DNA of 64,000 nucleotides from IMG/VR virus record IMGVR_UViG_3300028591_005933, positions 1,471 through 65,470 of that record; one strand, 5' to 3'. The position numbers were made by a program, and so were the translations under genes. The notes below the pieces were generated by a model. That model was given only the letters and a program-made list of their open reading frames with translations, was not told the origin of the DNA and did no database searches. Shown here piece after piece: positions 27,605-37,047 of the stretch. Within the stretch, counting starts at the first letter, position 1; every line of letters begins with the position of its first letter. The DNA is from a virus (lineage: Duplodnaviria > Caudoviricetes).

Positions 27605-29109
27605 TGGTAAAATATAATAAGCAAGCTATTTTAGATGAATATAATAATTTATGTATGTTATCTAATAAACGTTTAACTAGAGCCGATTATAGAAATTATG
27701 ATACAAGTTATTCTTCTACTTTAATAGAAAGTATTTGGGGTAGTTGGAGCAATTTTATAAAAGATGCTGAAGCAGATTTATTAATCGCAAGATATAATAT
27801 AATAAAAGAAATAGATTCAGATGTTGATAAAATGGTTATTACTTATGTTACTGATGGATCAGAAATTAATGAAGATTTTTATTATACTTTACTTAATTAT
27901 TGTAAAGAAAATAAAGCTGAATTTGGTATTTTATGGGGTAAAAGTTTAAAAAAGAAACAAACTTTTAATATGGATGTATTTAATTTATTACAACCTTATT
28001 TAGCAACAAAGTTTGAATTTAAAAAAGATAATAATTGCTTAGTTCAAGATTTTTTAATTCCACCGAGTCAAAAAAATCCATTATTAAATTTAGATAAATT
28101 ATCTACTAATATTAAAACAATTGTAGTTGGTGCTACAAAACAATATATGCAGATTTTGCCATATAAACAATATACAGATTATAGAATTGCATATTCCACA
28201 GGTACTTTATCTTTACCAGATTATAAAGATACTGTTGCAGGGAATATTGATTTAAAATATCATAAATATGGGGCAATTCTTTTAGAATATAATAAAGATC
28301 AAAAACGTTATATTGTTAGAAATTTAATTTATAATAATGATAGTTTATATGATTTGAATAAAGTGTATACTAAAAATTCTGTTAAAAAATTAGATAGTTT
28401 ACCTTATATGGTTCTTGGTGATTTACATTTACCTGATCAAGATTATGAAGTTTTAGAAAAAACATTAGAATTTATTAATAAATATAATGTAAAAGAGGTA
28501 GCTTTGCATGATGTAGCCTCTTGGAATAGTATTTGTCATCATGATTTTGGGCATTATTTGACACAAGCTAGAAATTTATCACCAGAAACATCAGATTTAA
28601 AATCAGAAGTTGAGGCTGTTGTTACTAATTTAAATTTTATAGCTTCTAGTTGTAAAAAATGTAGATTTAATATTGTTAATTCTAATCATGATATGTTTGT
28701 AGAAAAGTGGTTAGAAAATGGAGAATTTATAAAAGATAGACGAAATGCTGTATTTGGAGCTAAATTATTTATTAAATATTGTAATAACCAGCATATCTTG
28801 GATAATTATTTACCGAATAATGTGTTTTTTATGGAAAAAAATAAAGAATATAATGTTTTAGGATATGTTGTTTCTGAACATGGTGATGCTGGTATTTCTG
28901 GAGCTTCTGGTAGTCCAAATGCATTTAATAAAACATTTGAAAATTGTATTTGTGGACATACTCATAGTCCAGAAATTAGAGAAAAAACTGTTTATGCTGG
29001 AACTTTGTCTAAACTAATAATGAATTATAATCAAAAAGGCATGACTAAATGGGTTCATGCTAATGTATTAATTCAAAATAATAGTACTTTTCAATTAATT
29101 TTATTATAA
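27604..29109 (+). CDS. Calcineurin-like metallophosphoesterase with N-terminal helical domain
   Basis: VLGDLH, LHDV, NSNHD, EHGD, GHTHSP motifs in the C-terminal half. Confidence 0.75.
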   Translation: MVKYNKQAILDEYNNLCMLSNKRLTRADYRNYDTSYSSTLIESIWGSWSNFIKDAEADLLIARYNIIKEIDSDVDKMVITYVTDGSEINEDFYYTLLNYCKENKAEFGILWGKSLKKKQTFNMDVFNLLQPYLATKFEFKKDNNCLVQDFLIPPSQKNPLLNLDKLSTNIKTIVVGATKQYMQILPYKQYTDYRIAYSTGTLSLPDYKDTVAGNIDLKYHKYGAILLEYNKDQKRYIVRNLIYNNDSLYDLNKVYTKNSVKKLDSLPYMVLGDLHLPDQDYEVLEKTLEFINKYNVKEVALHDVASWNSICHHDFGHYLTQARNLSPETSDLKSEVEAVVTNLNFIASSCKKCRFNIVNSNHDMFVEKWLENGEFIKDRRNAVFGAKLFIKYCNNQHILDNYLPNNVFFMEKNKEYNVLGYVVSEHGDAGISGASGSPNAFNKTFENCICGHTHSPEIREKTVYAGTLSKLIMNYNQKGMTKWVHANVLIQNNSTFQLILL

Positions 29110-29118
29110 GAGGTAAAA

Positions 29119-29301
29119 ATGGCTAAAAAGAAGCAAAATGATGAAGAAATTCAGGAAAAAATGACTAAATTGGAAAAAAAAGACGTAGAAATTAAAAAAG
29201 AAGAAACTTCTAATACACAGAAATGGAAGCCTGTAGCAAAAGAAGAAAAAAAAGGTAATAAAAATTTCTTTTCGAAGGCTTTGGATTTTTTAGGTCTATA
29301 A
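29119..29301 (+). CDS. Small Lys/Glu-rich protein with C-terminal amphipathic helix
   Basis: GAGG RBS; ends NFFSKALDFLGL; lies in operon. Confidence 0.6.
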   Translation: MAKKKQNDEEIQEKMTKLEKKDVEIKKEETSNTQKWKPVAKEEKKGNKNFFSKALDFLGL

Positions 29302-29321
29302 AAAGTAGAAGGGATTAAATA

Positions 29322-29546
29322 ATGAAATTATATATTGGAAAGCATTGTATGCCTTGTAAAATGCTTGAAGCTTGGTTAAATGAAAATAATATTAAAATTG
29401 ATTCAGTTATAGCAGAAGAACATATGGATGATGTTGAAAAATTTGATATTAAACAAACTCCAACATTAGTTTTAGATAATAATATAGTTATTGCTGGTAA
29501 GGATAGTATTCAAGAATATTTTGAAAAGGAGATGGATAATGAGTAA
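29322..29546 (+). CDS. Glutaredoxin/NrdH-like redoxin
   Basis: CMPC CXXC motif near the N-terminus, QTPTLV cis-Pro motif, 74 aa. Confidence 0.8.
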   Translation: MKLYIGKHCMPCKMLEAWLNENNIKIDSVIAEEHMDDVEKFDIKQTPTLVLDNNIVIAGKDSIQEYFEKEMDNE

Positions 29547-29859
29547 GTATTTTATTGCTGTTGGTCCTAATGTATTTGTAAAAGAAATACAAAAAGAAGA
29601 GAAAGTCGGTGAACTTTTTATTCCAGAATCTTTAGATACCGATTTTACTTACGGTGAAGTTATTTCATGTGATGGTGGATATACAGATCATGGTAATTTT
29701 GTACCAATGCCTTGTAATATTGGAGATGTAATTGCTTTTCCAAAAGTATCTGGTACAAAAGTTACTTTTAATGGTATGAAATTAATTAGGGTATTTGCTG
29801 GAGATATTGTAGCTAAAGAAATTGAAGGCGAATTTGATCCAGATGGTTTAAAAGTATAG
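29539..29859 (+). CDS. groES: Co-chaperonin GroES-like
   Basis: GELFIPES mobile loop, GEVISCDGG, IGDVIAF; directly upstream of GroEL. Start moved to MSKYF at 29539. Confidence 0.85.
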   Translation: MSKYFIAVGPNVFVKEIQKEEKVGELFIPESLDTDFTYGEVISCDGGYTDHGNFVPMPCNIGDVIAFPKVSGTKVTFNGMKLIRVFAGDIVAKEIEGEFDPDGLKV

Positions 29860-29868
29860 GAGTAATAA

Positions 29869-31518
29869 ATGAGTAAGTCAGCTTGTTTTGGTAAAGATAC
29901 ACAAGATAATTTAGTAAAAGGTTTGAATTTAGTAGCAGATGCTGTAAAATCTACTTTGGGTCCTTGTGGTAATACTGTAGTTATTGCAAGAGAAGATAAA
30001 TTGCCAGTTATTACTAAAGATGGTGTTTCTGTTGCAAAAGAAATTGCACCAAAAGATGAAAAAATTAAATTAGGTGCAGATTTAGCTATTTCTGTAGCTC
30101 AAAAACAAATGGATGCTGTTGGTGATGGTACTACGACAGCTACTGTTTTAGCTCAGGCTATTGTAAATACAGGTATTCGTCAAATTGAATTAAGTGAACA
30201 TACAGTAAATCGTACATCTTTTCGTAAAGGTATAGAAAAAGCAAGAGATTATGTAATTTCTAAACTCGAAGAAATGAGTACCCCAATTAAATCTAATGAT
30301 GAATTAATTAATATTGCTACGGTTTCTGCTAACGGAGATGAACTTTTAGGAAAAACAATCGCCGAGGCTTATGAAAAGGTTGGTAAAGCTGGTGTAGTTT
30401 TAGTTGAGGAAACAAAAGATCGTACAATTAGATTAGATTTTAAAGAAGGTATGACATTTAATAAAGGTTGGACTTCTCAATATTTTGTAAATAATCATGA
30501 AAATCAAACTGTTGAATTTGATAGACCTAAAATTTTATTATGTAATTCAAAAATATCAAATTTTACTACATTGGCTAATATTATACAAGATACTTTGCAA
30601 GCAGAACAACCTTTAGTTATTTTTGCTGAAAGTTTTGATACGAGTGTTACTCAAGCTCTAGCTCTTAATATTATGCGCTCTGGTGGTAGATTTAAGATTG
30701 CTTGTGTTGAAGCTCCTGGATATGGTGAAAGAAGACTGGATATTTTAAGAGATATTGCATGTTATGTTGGGGGAAACGTTGCAGATGATCCTCTTGGAAT
30801 TAAATATGAAACTATGTCTTCTGCAGATTTTGGTTCTTGTGAAAAAATTATAATTAAGAAAGATGAAACTATTATACGTGGTGGATTTGGGGAACAAGAT
30901 CAAATAAGTGAAAGAATTAAAGCTATTAATGGTTTGATTGGAGCTTTAAAAGAAAATGATACTTATGAAAGAGAACAACTTGGTAAGCGTTTAGCTTCTT
31001 TAACTACTGGTGTAGCTGTTATTCAGGTTGGAGGTTCTTCTGAAGAGGAAATTAAGGAATTACGTGATCGTTTAGATGATAGTACTTGGGCTGTTAAAGC
31101 AGCTTTAGAAGAGGGTTATTTACCTGGTGCTGGTAATACTTTATTATATTTATCAGAAAAAGTTGAATCAGAAGTAAAAACTACAAATTCTAATGAGGCT
31201 TTAGGAGTTAAAGTATTTGCAAATGCTTTAAAAGCACCATTTAAGACAATTGTTGATAATGCTGGTTTACCTGTTGAATTAGTTACACAAGAGGTTTTAA
31301 GTAAAAACGATTATAATATCGGTTATGATGCTAAAAATTTAAAGGTTTGTAATTTAATTGAAGCAGGTATTCTTGATCCAACAAAAGTTGTAAAAGGTAC
31401 TGTTTATGCTGCTTCTTCTATTGCAGCTGTAACTTTAACAAGTAATGTTATGATTACAGTTGATCCTATAGAAAATAAAGGTTTGTCATTAAATATGATG
31501 ACAGATCCTATGATGTAA
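29869..31518 (+). CDS. groEL: Chaperonin GroEL (phage-encoded)
   Basis: TLGPCG, ITKDGVSVAKEI, GDGTTTATVLA, EAPGYGERR, GILDPTKV. Confidence 0.97.
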   Translation: MSKSACFGKDTQDNLVKGLNLVADAVKSTLGPCGNTVVIAREDKLPVITKDGVSVAKEIAPKDEKIKLGADLAISVAQKQMDAVGDGTTTATVLAQAIVNTGIRQIELSEHTVNRTSFRKGIEKARDYVISKLEEMSTPIKSNDELINIATVSANGDELLGKTIAEAYEKVGKAGVVLVEETKDRTIRLDFKEGMTFNKGWTSQYFVNNHENQTVEFDRPKILLCNSKISNFTTLANIIQDTLQAEQPLVIFAESFDTSVTQALALNIMRSGGRFKIACVEAPGYGERRLDILRDIACYVGGNVADDPLGIKYETMSSADFGSCEKIIIKKDETIIRGGFGEQDQISERIKAINGLIGALKENDTYEREQLGKRLASLTTGVAVIQVGGSSEEEIKELRDRLDDSTWAVKAALEEGYLPGAGNTLLYLSEKVESEVKTTNSNEALGVKVFANALKAPFKTIVDNAGLPVELVTQEVLSKNDYNIGYDAKNLKVCNLIEAGILDPTKVVKGTVYAASSIAAVTLTSNVMITVDPIENKGLSLNMMTDPMM

Positions 31519-31538
31519 TTTTTCATTTTTGGTCCCGG

Positions 31539-31571
31539 AAGGTTCTTGGTGTAAAAACTAAGGACCTTTTT
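31539..31571 (+). terminator. Intrinsic terminator after groEL
   Basis: AAGGUUCUUGG-UGUAAAAA-CUAAGGACCUU followed by a U run. Confidence 0.75.
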
Positions 31572-31581
31572 ATTTATTTAA

Positions 31582-31587
31582 GTTCTA
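31582..31587 (+). promoter_or_regulatory. GTTCTA putative late-promoter motif heading the morphogenesis block
   Basis: Lies just after the groEL terminator, about 30 nt before the ATG at 31619. Confidence 0.6.
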
Positions 31588-31618
31588 AACAATAATTAGT
31601 TTATCAAGAGTATAAAAT

Positions 31619-32773
31619 ATGGCAAAACAAGTTAATTCTTCAAGATTAGAAGAGATAGATTTTTCTAGATTTAATTTACGTGACGCATATATTACAGATC
31701 AAGCTGAATATGTTGCTGCTTTACGTGACGAGGCTTTATTCAGTAATTATGGTATTACTGTTATGGTACGTATTCCAAGCATAGATTCTAATTATTTGTT
31801 TGAGAATAATGTTGATGAATATTCTAATTTTGTAGATATTACTTGGATGGATACTACAGAAACTGTTATACCTCTTTTTAAAGAATATCGCCAAAATGTT
31901 TCTGAAGATGGAATGACAGCAGATGGTACTACTGGTATATATTCATTAGATGTTATTTTACCTACAAAGTTACATTTACCAAAAAATAGCAGAATTATTT
32001 TTAATGAATATAATTCTCGTGAAGAAAAAATAGCTAGGGAATGGGTTGTACTTAGTACTGAAATGAAACAAATAAGTAATAGTAAAACTTATTCTAGAAT
32101 TGCCCATTGTGTTCCAGCAAGAAAAGAAACTTGGAATAATTCTGATACTCAAATTAGTACAATTTGGTTTGATTATAAAGTACCAGAAAAAGAAAAGATA
32201 ACAAAAGAAAGATTAGCTGCTCAAGGCATTATTTGGTTTATTAAAGCTGGTATAGATGCTTCAAAAGTAAGACATACTATTGTTGATACTATAGATGAAA
32301 ATATTATTATTGATCCAGAATATAATGAATCTACAAATGTATTATATTACTATGATACAAGAGATATTAATATTATAGAGCCTGGAGTAGGGTTAGAAAT
32401 AGATAATAGTTATACTTTAACAGATGAAGAAGGAAATGTTATTTTAATTCAAACTGAGGAAAATGGATTAAAAGATACTCCACTTATTTTAACTGTAAAA
32501 GATATTGATTATGAGACAGGGGCTTTAAAAGAATATACTTTAAATCTAAGAAAAGGATATACAGATTTTGGTGAGGACGGTAAAATTGTATCTTTTGGTC
32601 CAATAAATAATTATAAAGCTAAAATTAAATTAGCATCTGGTCCTTGGAATGGTGATATTTATCATGAAGAAATTTATGATAAGATAGAAATAGAAAATCC
32701 TAAGTATATAGTACCTAAGCAATTAGATGCAGTATTTATTTCAAAGAAGATCGCAGTTTCAGTTCTAAATTAA
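31619..32773 (+). CDS. Hypothetical virion protein (possible head-tail connector)
   Basis: First gene after the GTTCTA motif at 31582 in the morphogenesis block; no recognised motif. Confidence 0.5.
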   Translation: MAKQVNSSRLEEIDFSRFNLRDAYITDQAEYVAALRDEALFSNYGITVMVRIPSIDSNYLFENNVDEYSNFVDITWMDTTETVIPLFKEYRQNVSEDGMTADGTTGIYSLDVILPTKLHLPKNSRIIFNEYNSREEKIAREWVVLSTEMKQISNSKTYSRIAHCVPARKETWNNSDTQISTIWFDYKVPEKEKITKERLAAQGIIWFIKAGIDASKVRHTIVDTIDENIIIDPEYNESTNVLYYYDTRDINIIEPGVGLEIDNSYTLTDEEGNVILIQTEENGLKDTPLILTVKDIDYETGALKEYTLNLRKGYTDFGEDGKIVSFGPINNYKAKIKLASGPWNGDIYHEEIYDKIEIENPKYIVPKQLDAVFISKKIAVSVLN

Positions 32774-32805
32774 TAAGATAGATTAAATATAAATAGGATT
32801 TATAA

Positions 32806-33261
32806 ATGGCAGTTTTTGGTTTACAAATAGATTTTATGAATAGGTTATTAAAAGATTACTTTGGTATTAATAATCCTACATTTAATCAAAATGAAATTTA
32901 TATTGGTTTGGGATTAACTCAAAGAGGTTCACAAGTTAATACTGAAGATTTTACTGAAATTTTTGAGGGAAAGCCGTTAGGTAATTATAAACGAGCTAGA
33001 GCAATTTTTCATAAAGCAATTGATAACTGTATTTTAAATGAAAATCAAATTGTATTTAATACAGCAAGTGAAGATTGGACAACAGGTACATCTTTGATTG
33101 AAAGAATTGGTATTTTTGATACATTAGATTATGAGGACAGTGATGGAAATTTAATTAAACCATTAGTGGTTTTAGAATTACCTATTGCAGAAGCAGTTTT
33201 AAAAGGTGAAACTTTATTATTAGCTCCTGGAGCTATACAATTAAATTTATCAGATATTTAA
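32806..33261 (+). CDS. Phage tail/baseplate-associated small structural protein
   Basis: IYIGL...YKRARAIF...NENQIVFNTASEDW...IGIFD...GNL...GETL..APGAIQL pattern of a widespread tail protein family. Confidence 0.6.
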   Translation: MAVFGLQIDFMNRLLKDYFGINNPTFNQNEIYIGLGLTQRGSQVNTEDFTEIFEGKPLGNYKRARAIFHKAIDNCILNENQIVFNTASEDWTTGTSLIERIGIFDTLDYEDSDGNLIKPLVVLELPIAEAVLKGETLLLAPGAIQLNLSDI

Positions 33262-33272
33262 GGATATAAATA

Positions 33273-33734
33273 ATGAGTAATATTACACGTTTTATGTTAG
33301 CACCAGATTTTGTAGCTATGATATTAAATAATAGCTTTGGTGTGCCAGATGAAGATTATACAGATACTCATATGTATCCTGGACTAGGTATAGAATTTGA
33401 TGAGGACAATTTTGTTTTTACTAAAGAACCAGTTAGAAAAGGTTATACTATTTTAGATAGTCCAATCGAATTTCATGATCCAATTAATGGTGTTTTAAGA
33501 AATTCAAATTCTGTTCAATGGGAAAAAGCTAAAGAAAATTGGACTACAGGTACAGATAAAATAAAATATATTGGTTTATATTATAGAAGACAAAATCCTG
33601 CATTTTTACAAGAAATAAAATATGAATATAAATTAATGGTTGTTTTACCTTTAATGCCAGCAGAAACAGTATTAAATGGTGAAAGAATGGTTATAAATCA
33701 AAATTCAATTCAAATTAAATTAGCTAATAGATAA
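33273..33734 (+). CDS. Paralogue of 32806-33261
   Basis: N..QWEKAKENWTTGT..IKYIGLY...VLNGE....IQI aligns by eye with the upstream gene. Confidence 0.6.
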   Translation: MSNITRFMLAPDFVAMILNNSFGVPDEDYTDTHMYPGLGIEFDEDNFVFTKEPVRKGYTILDSPIEFHDPINGVLRNSNSVQWEKAKENWTTGTDKIKYIGLYYRRQNPAFLQEIKYEYKLMVVLPLMPAETVLNGERMVINQNSIQIKLANR

Positions 33735-33748
33735 CAAAGGAGCTTAAA

Positions 33749-33943
33749 ATGGATAATGAAATTAAAAAACCAAAAGTTTTAATTACAGAGTCAACAAAAA
33801 ATTATGTTGAAGATGAATTAGAAGAATCTTTAGATGAAATGGATGAACAAGATATTCTCAATAAAGTAAATGCTAGTAAAGTAGCAGTGGCTAAAATGAA
33901 TGAAAGCGGTGAAATTGAAATTCGTCAAAGTTTAAATGGATAA
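33749..33943 (+). CDS. Small acidic protein (possible head/core protein)
   Basis: AGGAG RBS; LITES motif; 64 aa. Confidence 0.55.
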   Translation: MDNEIKKPKVLITESTKNYVEDELEESLDEMDEQDILNKVNASKVAVAKMNESGEIEIRQSLNG

Positions 33944-33951
33944 TTTATAAT

Positions 33952-34416
33952 ATGAATACTAATCTTGATAATATTACTTTTCCTATAAAATGTATATCTT
34001 ATTATGCATCAGATAAATCTAGTTTAGATGGTAAAAATAGTTATGAATTTTGGATGCGTAGTAAATTAGTTAGAATAATTTGTGATAGACCATTTAGTCG
34101 TGGTGATGTCTTAGAAATTAAATCTATAAAAGATACTTCAAGTGGTATTTTAATTGATACTATACTTATAAATGACTGGAAGGAGGAATATCCAGTATTA
34201 ATCTTTGTTAGTGGTCGTCTTATTTATAATAAAAATGTAGATTTTAAATATGAGGCTAGCGAAGGAATACAGGTATTAAAACCAATAGAGCAAGTTCTTT
34301 CAGATAATTATAGTCTTGGATTTATTATTCTTTGCTATAAAGCTGGAAAAATAGTTTGTAATGATACTGTAACCAATAATAAGTTTGATATATTTATAAA
34401 TCTTTCTTGGGAATAA
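33952..34416 (+). CDS. Hypothetical protein
   Basis: 154-aa ORF in the structural operon. Confidence 0.6.
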   Translation: MNTNLDNITFPIKCISYYASDKSSLDGKNSYEFWMRSKLVRIICDRPFSRGDVLEIKSIKDTSSGILIDTILINDWKEEYPVLIFVSGRLIYNKNVDFKYEASEGIQVLKPIEQVLSDNYSLGFIILCYKAGKIVCNDTVTNNKFDIFINLSWE

Positions 34417-34433
34417 ATTGAGGCACTAATATA

Positions 34434-36299
34434 ATGAAAAATAACAATAGAATTTTTAGTGGAATTGCTAAAAGAATAGTTGAAAATAGTTATCACGATA
34501 AAGATACTAATACTTTATTTATAACTAATCCAGGTATTTCATTTGATGTATTAAAAAGTTTAGCTAAAAAAAGAAATTTTACTATAGGTCAAACACAATC
34601 TGGTGAATTTGTATCTATTCCTATTTCTTATAAATATCATGATGAAGCTGAACAAATTTCATTATATGATGATTTTTTAAGTAGTTATACTTATTATAAT
34701 AATAATTTTAATACTTTATTAGCAGCCTATAAATGTTTTGATTTAATGGATGAAAATTTAGGTGAGGTTTCTTTAATTTTAGATACATATGTTGCTGAAG
34801 TTTTGTCTCAAGGTTTTGTTGATAATCCATTAAAAATAAAAATTTCTAATCAAACTGCTCAAAAGTTAATAGAAAAAGTATTTTATAAAAATAAAATTTA
34901 TCAAAAATTACCTAATATTACAAGATCAATAGCAAAATATGGTAATTATGGTATGATTTTAACATATCCATATTTAGAATCATGGATGGAAGATAAGGAT
35001 ATTGATTTTAAGCGTTTAGATATTCTTGAAGATTTAGTTATAGTTTATGTAAATCCAAAATATTTTAGAGTTAATACTGATGAGTATTATAATGTAATTA
35101 ACTATGAAACAGAACAAGAAACTGCTTTTGTTAATAGATTACAAGTGTCTCAAAATATACGTAAAACATGGCAGCCATGGCAATTTGTTCATTTTTTAAT
35201 TAATGATGAGATAACAGAACCATATGGAAAATCTATGTTATGGTCAATGAGATCTGCTTTTGATCAATTAACATCATTAGAGGCACTTTTAGCAATTTCT
35301 CGTGCAAGTAAGATTCAAAGATTAGTATTTTATGTACCAATGCCAAATGGAGTTTCTTTGCCAGATTCTTATGGGTTTATGAATGAGTTTAAATCTCAAT
35401 ATTTAAATTCAATGTTTACAGATTCTGGTACTGCAAAAGCCGGTCGTAAGATTCCAGGAGCAATGTCTATTTTAACTTTACCTGTATCTTCAGATGGTAA
35501 AAAAGTAGAAGTTGATCATATTGAATCAAATATTGATTTAAGTTCAACTGAAGATGTTGAATATTTTTTAGATAAAATTTTACGTAATTCTAGTCTTCCT
35601 AAAGGTTATTTAGTTGGGGATGATACTATTACAACTGCACAAGCTTTAGAGGCTCAAGATCTTAAATTAAAACGAACATTGATTCCATTAAAGAAAGCAT
35701 TATTAAATGGTTTAATGTGTTTAGTTGAAAATATTTTGACTCATGCTGGATATGATGTAACTACTATGGACATTGAAGTTAGTTTGAATGAGCCAATTCA
35801 ATTATCTGCAGATGTTATTAGTAAATATAGTGATATTGTTGAATTACTAAAAGGCTTTGCTGAAGTTAATCCAAATATGCCGGATATTAATAAATTTCAA
35901 TTACTTATTAAGATGGGTTTACCTTTAGATTTTGCTCAATTAATTTGTTCAAAAACAAGTATTGCTTCTTTAAATTCTCCAGAAGATTTAGCTAGATTTT
36001 TGAAAAATCAAAAAATAAAACAAAAAGCTGCTGTTCCTGGTCCAGAAGGAGAAGAAGGAGAAAAAGGCGGTGATCAAGATATGAGTATGATGGGTATGCC
36101 TCCAATGGGTGGTGTTGGAGAATCAGTTAGTTATTCTGTAAATTCTAAAACATTTTTAAATGAAAACCAAGATTTACAAAAAATGTTAAAAGAAATGAGT
36201 GGCTTAATTAAAGGTAAGCCATTTGTTAGAGAGTTAAAGGAAAGTAAGGCTATTAATTTGCTAAAACCAGGTAAAAAAGAAGTAGAATCTGATGATTAA
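34434..36299 (+). CDS. Portal protein (T4 gp20-like)
   Basis: IAKYGNY, PYGKSML..RSAFDQLTSLEALLAISRASKIQRLVFYV, EDVEYFLDKILRNSSLPKGYL match gp20-family motifs. Confidence 0.85.
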   Translation: MKNNNRIFSGIAKRIVENSYHDKDTNTLFITNPGISFDVLKSLAKKRNFTIGQTQSGEFVSIPISYKYHDEAEQISLYDDFLSSYTYYNNNFNTLLAAYKCFDLMDENLGEVSLILDTYVAEVLSQGFVDNPLKIKISNQTAQKLIEKVFYKNKIYQKLPNITRSIAKYGNYGMILTYPYLESWMEDKDIDFKRLDILEDLVIVYVNPKYFRVNTDEYYNVINYETEQETAFVNRLQVSQNIRKTWQPWQFVHFLINDEITEPYGKSMLWSMRSAFDQLTSLEALLAISRASKIQRLVFYVPMPNGVSLPDSYGFMNEFKSQYLNSMFTDSGTAKAGRKIPGAMSILTLPVSSDGKKVEVDHIESNIDLSSTEDVEYFLDKILRNSSLPKGYLVGDDTITTAQALEAQDLKLKRTLIPLKKALLNGLMCLVENILTHAGYDVTTMDIEVSLNEPIQLSADVISKYSDIVELLKGFAEVNPNMPDINKFQLLIKMGLPLDFAQLICSKTSIASLNSPEDLARFLKNQKIKQKAAVPGPEGEEGEKGGDQDMSMMGMPPMGGVGESVSYSVNSKTFLNENQDLQKMLKEMSGLIKGKPFVRELKESKAINLLKPGKKEVESDD

Positions 36300-36633
36300 A
36301 ATTATAAAAGGAATATATTTAGTTCAACAACGCTGGGATCTTGTTTGGTTACAAAATAAGAATGAAAATATAAGTGAATATTTAAATTATATAGATTTTA
36401 GAAATTTACTTATTCAGAAATTTAATGGAGATCAAGTAAAAAAGATTATTGAATATTTAACAACTGAATATAAACTTATTATAGATTTCGATAATAGTGT
36501 TGTAAAATTAATAAAAGAAAAAGAAATAAATTATTTAGATAGCATGCAAAGTTATTTTACGGCAGAAGCAGCTAGAGAAGTATATCAAACATTAGATGAA
36601 TTTAAAGAAAGTTTAGAGGGAAAATATTTATGA
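36292..36633 (+). CDS. Hypothetical protein
   Basis: 113 aa, coupled to the portal stop. Confidence 0.6.
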   Translation: MIKIIKGIYLVQQRWDLVWLQNKNENISEYLNYIDFRNLLIQKFNGDQVKKIIEYLTTEYKLIIDFDNSVVKLIKEKEINYLDSMQSYFTAEAAREVYQTLDEFKESLEGKYL

Positions 36634-36986
36634 GTAAAAAAATTGATATTTTTGGCGACGGAAGAAAAATACCAACAGTTTTTGTAAATATTAAAGTAAA
36701 GATAAAAACAAAATCTTTAGAAGAAATGTTAGCTTGGAATAAAGTTTTTGGATATATAATGAAAAAACCAAGAACGAAATTAGAATTTATTACAGTAGCT
36801 AATATAAGGAAGTTAAAAAGTTTAGATAATGTAACTTTAAATAAAATTAAAAAATATATTTCTGTTGAAGATTATCAAGAATTAAGTAAAGTTGAGGATA
36901 TTTTTAATTCTGGATTGACTTTAGATATTAAAGCATTTATTTTATCAATTTTAAAAGTGCCTTTTGAAGTTTTATTGAGTTTATAA
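36630..36986 (+). CDS. Hypothetical protein
   Basis: 118 aa, GAGG RBS, coupled to the previous gene. Confidence 0.6.
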   Translation: MSKKIDIFGDGRKIPTVFVNIKVKIKTKSLEEMLAWNKVFGYIMKKPRTKLEFITVANIRKLKSLDNVTLNKIKKYISVEDYQELSKVEDIFNSGLTLDIKAFILSILKVPFEVLLSL

Positions 36987-37047
36987 TCTTTATTATAAAA
37001 GTAGTATTTAAGTTCTAATTATAAAAGTAAAAAAATTGGAGCAAAAT

